Made by a program: the position numbers and the translations under genes
Shown: positions 57,456-62,873 of the stretch, one piece after another
How the letters are laid out: every line of letters starts with the position of its first letter
Position numbering within the stretch: the first letter of the stretch is position 1
The notes under the pieces: generated by a model
The model's input: the letters and a program-made list of their open reading frames with translations, nothing else
Told to the model about the DNA's origin: nothing
Database searches by the model: none
Source of the DNA: Actinomycetota bacterium
GTDB lineage: Bacteria; Actinomycetota; Acidimicrobiia; Acidimicrobiales; JAMDDE01
Direction of reading: 5' to 3'
Length of the DNA: 62,873 nucleotides
Assembly: GCA_023489235.1 (NCBI GenBank)
Contig: JAMDDE010000003.1
Span: forward strand, 22,555-85,427

Positions 57456-60400
57456 TGACCAAGGGTGGGGACCGCAAAGCAGTGATGACAAGAGTGGGGG
57501 GACTATGGAAAGAAATAGATCTAGCTACTCCAGCGCCTGAGTCACATTTCGGTGAGCCATTGGAAGATGTTGCTGTAGAGATAGATGGGATATCTGTCGT
57601 TGTTGCTCAAGGTACCTCTGTTCTAAGAGCTGCAGCTCTGGCAGGTATTGATATCCCCAGGCTATGCGCTACGGATACCCTAAGGGCCTTTGGCTCTTGT
57701 CGACTGTGCCTCGTAGAGATCGAGGGCCTGTCGGGTACTCCAGCATCCTGTACAACTCCGGTTCGTCCTGGCATGAAGGTTAAGACGCAGACCGCTCGGC
57801 TTGCTCGACTCAGACGCCAAGTCATGGAACTGTACATCTCTGACCACCCCCTTGACTGTTTGACCTGTGCCGCCAATGGCGACTGTGAGCTGCAGAGAGT
57901 TGCTGGTTCCGTTGGTCTTCGGGAGGTCCGCTATGGCTATGCAGGAGCTAATCACCTTGGCGATGAGAGAGATGAATCAAATCCATACTTCACCTTTGAT
58001 CCGAGCAAGTGCATAGTTTGTTCTCGTTGTATCCGCGCTTGCGAGGAGATACAGGGCAGTTTTGCCCTTGCACTCAAGGACAGGGGCTTTGCCTCGAGAG
58101 TTTCTCCAGGTCCGAAAGGGAAATTCTTCGACTCTGAATGTGTTTCCTGTGGTGCTTGCGTGCAGACTTGTCCAACTGGTTCCCTCGAAGAAAAATCAGT
58201 GATTGAACTCGGGATACCTCAGAGGACAGTGGTTACGACCTGTGGCTACTGCGGCGTAGGTTGTTCGTTCAAGGCTGAGCTCAAAGGAGATGAGCTCGTA
58301 CGAATGGTCCCCTACAAAGATGGTGCTGCCAACAATGGTCACTCCTGTGTTAAGGGTCGTTTTGCATGGGGATATGTCAACCATAAAGACAGAGTCCTTA
58401 AACCGGCCATACGAGAGAACATCACCGATCCATGGCAGGAGGTTTCTTTCGAAGAGGCCATCGAATTTACAGCCAAACGATTACTGGATATCCAGGGGCG
58501 TTATGGTGTGGGTTCCATTGGTGGTATTACCTCTTCTCGGTGCACGAATGAGGAGGTATACGTTGTACAGAAATTAGTACGAGCGGCATTTGGCAACAAC
58601 AATGTGGATACTTGCGCCCGAGTATGCCACTCCCCTACAGGATTTGGACTTAAACAAAGCTTTGGCACCTCGGCTGGGACTCAAGATTTCGCCTCGGTTG
58701 AATATGCCGATCTGATCATGGTTATAGGTGCCAACCCAACGGAAGCTCACCCCGTATTTGCTTCTAGGATAAAGCGGAGATTACGCAGCGGAGCGAGGTT
58801 GATCGTGGTAGATCCTCGAACTACTGATCTAGTGAGAAGTCCTCACATCCAAGCTAGCTGCCATCTACAGCTTCGTCCGGGGAGCAATGTGGCTCTTGTC
58901 AACTCGATGGCACATGTTGTAGTCACCGAAGGGCTTGTAGATAAGACGTTCATAGAAGAGCGTTGCGACTGGGACGACTTCGTCAAGTGGAGACAGTTCA
59001 TAACCTCTGATGAGTACAGTCCAGAGGTCACTGAAGCAATTACAGGGGTGCCTGCTGATCAGGTTCGCGAGGCAGCTAGATTGTACGCTACTGCAACCAA
59101 TAGTGCCATCTACTATGGCTTAGGAGTCACTGAGCATAGCCAGGGGTCTACTACGGTCATCGGATTGGCCAATTTGGCTATGGCTACGGGAAATATAGGA
59201 AGGGCAGGAGTAGGCGTTAATCCTCTTAGGGGCCAGAACAATGTTCAAGGATCAAGCGACATGGGATCTTTCCCGCACGAATTCCCTGGTTACCGTCATG
59301 TTGGTGATGAGGCTGTCCGGAGTGTTTTCGAGAGAGCATGGGGACGTGAGCTTGATCCTGAGCCCGGGCTGCGGATTCCGAACATGTTCGATGCTGCTCT
59401 CGAAGGGAGTTTCAAAGCTCTGTTCATCCAAGGAGAGGATCTCGCTCAGTCCGATCCCAACTCTCACCATGTGAGGGAGGCTCTAGCCAGTTTGGAGCTG
59501 TGCGTAGTTCAAGATCTTTTCCTGAATGAGACGTCGGCTTTTGCACATGTATTTTTGCCTGGAACTTCTTTCCTGGAGAAAGACGGTACGTTCACCAATG
59601 CCGAACGTCGTATCAACAGGGTCAGGCCAGTGATGCCGCCCAGGAGTGGTAAGCATGAGTGGGAGATTGTCTGTGAGCTGGCCACCGCTATGGGTTACCC
59701 TATGCGCTACGATGACGCAAGTCAGATAATGGATGAGATCGCTGCACTGACACCTAGTTTTGCAGGAGTCTCCTTCGCCAAGCTAGACGAGCTCGGTAGT
59801 TTGCAGTGGCCGTGCAACGATGCGGCACCAAAAGGAACACCGATCATGCATGTGAATGGGTTTGTGCGGGGTAAAGGTAAGTTCGTAGAAACTCCCTTTG
59901 TTCCCACTGAGGAGCGTACAACCAAAGCAGCTGAGGGGCATCCCCTACTGCTGACCACAGGACGTACCCTTGTTCAATATAACGTGGGGACCCAGACCCG
60001 TCGAACTGAAAACATACGCTGGTATCCTGAGGACGTCCTCCAAATCAATCCTCTTGATGCAGCAGAGCGCGGGGTGAAAGATGGAGACTTGGTACTCGTA
60101 GAGAGTAGGATAAACAAGACTCGTCTTCGTGCACAGTGTACTGAGAGGGTTCCTCCTGGAGTAGTTTATACTACTTTTCATCACCCGGTAACCAACACCA
60201 ACTCGTTGACTACAGAGCTATCGGACTGGGCAACCAACTGTCCTGAGTACAAAGTCACTGCGGTGAGAGTAGTAAAGGTGAGTTCATCCGAACCTATAGC
60301 TGTTCCTACACCTGCTGAGCTCATGCTTGGGCGACAGGAGAGAGTGCCGAGAGGAAGCATCGATGCAAGTGCAAGTCTTAGTACAAGCCGTCCAGACATT

Positions 60401-60628
60401 GTGAGGATGGCCAATCAAATTGCCGCCAATTTCCAGCACTATCCATTCGATAAGGCTGTGGAGGCAGTAAGGGATCACTTGAAAATGTTCTGGGCCCCTT
60501 CAATGCGATCCATTCTTCTCGGTATTCTGGGTGAACTGAATGAACAAGAACTGAATGCACAAGGCATTGCTCCACTCGTGATTGCTGCCGGAAAGAAGTT
60601 GCGCAGCGAGCATCGTGATCTTGGATGA
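57452..60628 (+). CDS. Formate dehydrogenase alpha subunit (FdsA, Mo-bis-MGD, Cys ligand) with fused C-terminal FdsD-like domain
   Basis: Fe-S motifs, CGYCGVGC, CARVCH, LRGQNNVQG, CPEYKVTAV; then RMANQIAANF...HLKMFWAPSMR. Confidence 0.92.
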   Translation: MMTKGGDRKAVMTRVGGLWKEIDLATPAPESHFGEPLEDVAVEIDGISVVVAQGTSVLRAAALAGIDIPRLCATDTLRAFGSCRLCLVEIEGLSGTPASCTTPVRPGMKVKTQTARLARLRRQVMELYISDHPLDCLTCAANGDCELQRVAGSVGLREVRYGYAGANHLGDERDESNPYFTFDPSKCIVCSRCIRACEEIQGSFALALKDRGFASRVSPGPKGKFFDSECVSCGACVQTCPTGSLEEKSVIELGIPQRTVVTTCGYCGVGCSFKAELKGDELVRMVPYKDGAANNGHSCVKGRFAWGYVNHKDRVLKPAIRENITDPWQEVSFEEAIEFTAKRLLDIQGRYGVGSIGGITSSRCTNEEVYVVQKLVRAAFGNNNVDTCARVCHSPTGFGLKQSFGTSAGTQDFASVEYADLIMVIGANPTEAHPVFASRIKRRLRSGARLIVVDPRTTDLVRSPHIQASCHLQLRPGSNVALVNSMAHVVVTEGLVDKTFIEERCDWDDFVKWRQFITSDEYSPEVTEAITGVPADQVREAARLYATATNSAIYYGLGVTEHSQGSTTVIGLANLAMATGNIGRAGVGVNPLRGQNNVQGSSDMGSFPHEFPGYRHVGDEAVRSVFERAWGRELDPEPGLRIPNMFDAALEGSFKALFIQGEDLAQSDPNSHHVREALASLELCVVQDLFLNETSAFAHVFLPGTSFLEKDGTFTNAERRINRVRPVMPPRSGKHEWEIVCELATAMGYPMRYDDASQIMDEIAALTPSFAGVSFAKLDELGSLQWPCNDAAPKGTPIMHVNGFVRGKGKFVETPFVPTEERTTKAAEGHPLLLTTGRTLVQYNVGTQTRRTENIRWYPEDVLQINPLDAAERGVKDGDLVLVESRINKTRLRAQCTERVPPGVVYTTFHHPVTNTNSLTTELSDWATNCPEYKVTAVRVVKVSSSEPIAVPTPAELMLGRQERVPRGSIDASASLSTSRPDIVRMANQIAANFQHYPFDKAVEAVRDHLKMFWAPSMRSILLGILGELNEQELNAQGIAPLVIAAGKKLRSEHRDLG

Positions 60629-60657
60629 TTCAATGCATGTCTCATATTACGTTGTAG

Positions 60658-62118
60658 TTATTCCTGGCGGTATCCGCAGTTGCGGTATCTGTAATAGCGG
60701 TATTTGTAGCTGTTTAGTGCAGGACTCCATCTGATCACGGCAATTGCAGTGCTCATCAACCATAGTGAAAGTGTTGCGATATCGGCTACTTTTCCTAGAC
60801 CCCTTATCCCACTCGACATAGTGATATGCCCGATAATGGAAGTGCCCAGAGCGTAAACTCCCATCGAGAAAGTAGGAGGCCAAGGTGGAGGCTCATACTG
60901 TTCATCCGGGGAGTTGCTAGCCAAGTCGATTTCACTTGAATGGTTCAAATGATTTGGATGATTAAAGTCGTTAGGTATTGCAGCAATGCGCATCTTGCCC
61001 AGCAAGCTGATAATTAGCGACTGTGAAGTGTTCAGTATTTTCTTACCTATCCAGACGCTGCTGACCAACAGAATAGGTATCATGATTAGGCTGGCTATAC
61101 ACCATATACCAATGCTTGTATCTGTACTGATACGAATCAGGATGGAGTTAATCCCCAACCAGCGAATAGCATCGATATGATTGACATTTGGGGCGGTATG
61201 CAAAGAGGTAGTAAGCAAAGATCCTCCTGTTCCCGCAGCTAGTCCACCACAACCTGCAACAATCCACCAGGAAGAAAGAGGGCGCCGAGGGAGGCCAGAA
61301 CGCGTGATGCGCAAGGTGGATATCGCTAACAAGTACAGGTATCCCAATACGCCTAGCAACCAGAGCAAGAAAGCGAGAGTAGCCACTTCTGGATGAGCTG
61401 ATTTCAATGCTCTTTTGGCGATAGTCGATAGTCCAAGAGCAATGGATAGCAATGCTGCTGGAGCGAGAAACCATTTACCGTTTGCCCTATGTGCTGTCTC
61501 GTCTGGCTCGGTCGTTGGCGTGGATCTCTCGTTATCTCTGGGTTCGTCGTTGAGTCCCGCTCTCGCATCCCTTGGAATGAGTTTGTCTGATGCCTCGGAG
61601 GATATGGCTATACGGTTGTCAATAGTATTAGAAGATTTAGGATGGTACAGCCAACGACCAAGCGGTATGACTGCCATCTCTATCACAGTGACCAACGAGG
61701 CGGCACTTAGAGCAGTAATAGCGCCTACGGTGCTTATATGCAAAGAGATCAATCCTATGGAGATCACAGCCAATCCTATTGGGATCGTGAAAAGTCCAAA
61801 CCGGGCGTGACGTGGGCCTAGAGAGGCTGATACAAAGCCGTATTTACCCCCTATAGGCCAGTGGTCTTTGGCTCTTGAGAACCAAGTTAGGTTAAATGGT
61901 CGGTATTTGAGTAGAACTGCCCATCCCCCAGCCAATGCGAGTACGACAGTTTGAGTGAGCGCAAGGGCCAGAAGTGGAATGGCTAGAGGTGATAGTGATC
62001 CTGCGCTGGCACGGCTGGCCGCTGCTGTTGTCGCCATGATGGCAGCGAAAGGCATTGGCTCTCTCGCCCTGTAGTTACGTGCGTGCTTTGTTGATGCAGT
62101 GACACTGCTCCTGTTCAA
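60658..62118 (-). CDS. Multi-pass membrane protein, probably divergent TDT/SLAC1 family
   Basis: FAAIMAT N-terminal and WPPTFSMGVYA C-terminal motifs, about 10 TM segments, long loop insertions. Confidence 0.55.
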   Translation of the reverse strand: MNRSSVTASTKHARNYRAREPMPFAAIMATTAAASRASAGSLSPLAIPLLALALTQTVVLALAGGWAVLLKYRPFNLTWFSRAKDHWPIGGKYGFVSASLGPRHARFGLFTIPIGLAVISIGLISLHISTVGAITALSAASLVTVIEMAVIPLGRWLYHPKSSNTIDNRIAISSEASDKLIPRDARAGLNDEPRDNERSTPTTEPDETAHRANGKWFLAPAALLSIALGLSTIAKRALKSAHPEVATLAFLLWLLGVLGYLYLLAISTLRITRSGLPRRPLSSWWIVAGCGGLAAGTGGSLLTTSLHTAPNVNHIDAIRWLGINSILIRISTDTSIGIWCIASLIMIPILLVSSVWIGKKILNTSQSLIISLLGKMRIAAIPNDFNHPNHLNHSSEIDLASNSPDEQYEPPPWPPTFSMGVYALGTSIIGHITMSSGIRGLGKVADIATLSLWLMSTAIAVIRWSPALNSYKYRYYRYRNCGYRQE

Positions 62119-62873
62119 CTAGAAACCCTGTTGCGTCTCGACCACTGCTTGCTCGTACTCATGATGACGTTGAGCCAAACCTACGAACAACGCTAGGACG
62201 AGCAGACCAGCGGATAATCCAAGTCCCAGACGAATTCCTCCAGATGTGTCTGAAAGGATCCCCGCTAGTATAGGTCCGATGCACTGACCCAAGGCAAAGG
62301 CTACAGTAAGGGCGGCTATTCCCGCTGTCCAGTGGTCAGGTGGAAGTGAGCGTCTCGCTACGGTTGTAACTGCGGTAACAACTGCCAAGAAAGAAGCACC
62401 AAAGAGGAGTGCCGAGCTGAATGCTGCTAGAGGAAGATGAGACAGCAGCGGAAGTGAGGCACCCACGGATAGAACTCCTAGCACAAGTCCCACTCCACGT
62501 CCTGATCGCAAGCGCCCAAGTAGTGGCCCCCAGGCAAAGGCAAAGGCAAATCCAGCCATCCCCAAAGTAGTCCAAAAGAGGGTGATTTCCAGGGTAGTTG
62601 CTCCGTAGTGCACCAAGAAAGCAACGATAAAGGTCATGTATGCTATATAGCCAGCGCCAAAGAGAGCATAGGCAAACAATGTAGGGACAATGTTGCTGAA
62701 AGAGGGTCTTTGATGGCTGCTCGGGAGTGCTGCTTCAGTGGCACGACAGAGAGAAGAGGCCTTGGCCAGGAATATGAAGCTGATTGCTCCTAGGAAGCCT
62801 AAGGCTAGCCATCCAATCCGCCAACCATCTCCCGTTCCCCCTAAGTTGAGAAGTGCTGGCACGAGAAGTCCAG
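62119..62873 (-). CDS. YbfB/YjiJ-like MFS transporter, 5' end outside window
   Basis: YALFGAGYIAYMTF, FALGQCIGP. Confidence 0.8.
   Translation of the reverse strand, partial: GLLVPALLNLGGTGDGWRIGWLALGFLGAISFIFLAKASSLCRATEAALPSSHQRPSFSNIVPTLFAYALFGAGYIAYMTFIVAFLVHYGATTLEITLFWTTLGMAGFAFAFAWGPLLGRLRSGRGVGLVLGVLSVGASLPLLSHLPLAAFSSALLFGASFLAVVTAVTTVARRSLPPDHWTAGIAALTVAFALGQCIGPILAGILSDTSGGIRLGLGLSAGLLVLALFVGLAQRHHEYEQAVVETQQGF

Noticed and set aside
30643-60628. Selenocysteine in hydrogenase or FDH
   Set aside because: Active-site positions are Cys (DPCISC, CARVCH) with no in-frame TGA
473-62793. Numerous short overlapping or antisense ORFs in the track (e.g. 6494-6985, 7087-7584, 12647-13201, 34585-34989)
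   Set aside because: Shadow frames of well-supported genes with no recognisable motifs

Overview
Chromosomal window from an actinobacterium, most like Acidimicrobiia (inferred from whiB1/pdtaS, DUF3107, a paired ArsA-like ATPase and actinobacterial TopA; GC about 50-55% by eye). Core part: nadE, a sigma-70 factor, HAD-IB hydrolase, tRNA-Val, hppA-topA-tmk-holB and tRNA-Thr. Accessory redox block (about 17-34.6 kb): a ThDP enzyme plus GlcD-like oxidase, PadR plus a His/Cys-rich peptide, and a PIG-L deacetylase. An ArsR-rhodanese/DsrE/SQR-like operon runs divergently from an overlapping-gene operon of enoyl-CoA hydratase, acyl-CoA ligase, group 3b [NiFe]-hydrogenase (with an embedded cNMP-binding gene), protease, divergent HypC, EamA and DUF6390. 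No hypA/B/D/E/F is in the window. Further along are a phosphate/polyphosphate cluster (Pho84-like MFS, degenerate-CYTH CHAD protein, SixA-like), metabolic genes, and a decayed IS200/IS605 tnpA truncated by a decayed ISL3. An NAD-dependent formate dehydrogenase encodes four subunits as two fusions (FdsG-FdsB, FdsA-FdsD). The best candidate for an undescribed system is the HypC/EamA/DUF6390 hydrogenase accessory module and its sulfur-responsive context. All calls come from motif recognition only; no searches were run.
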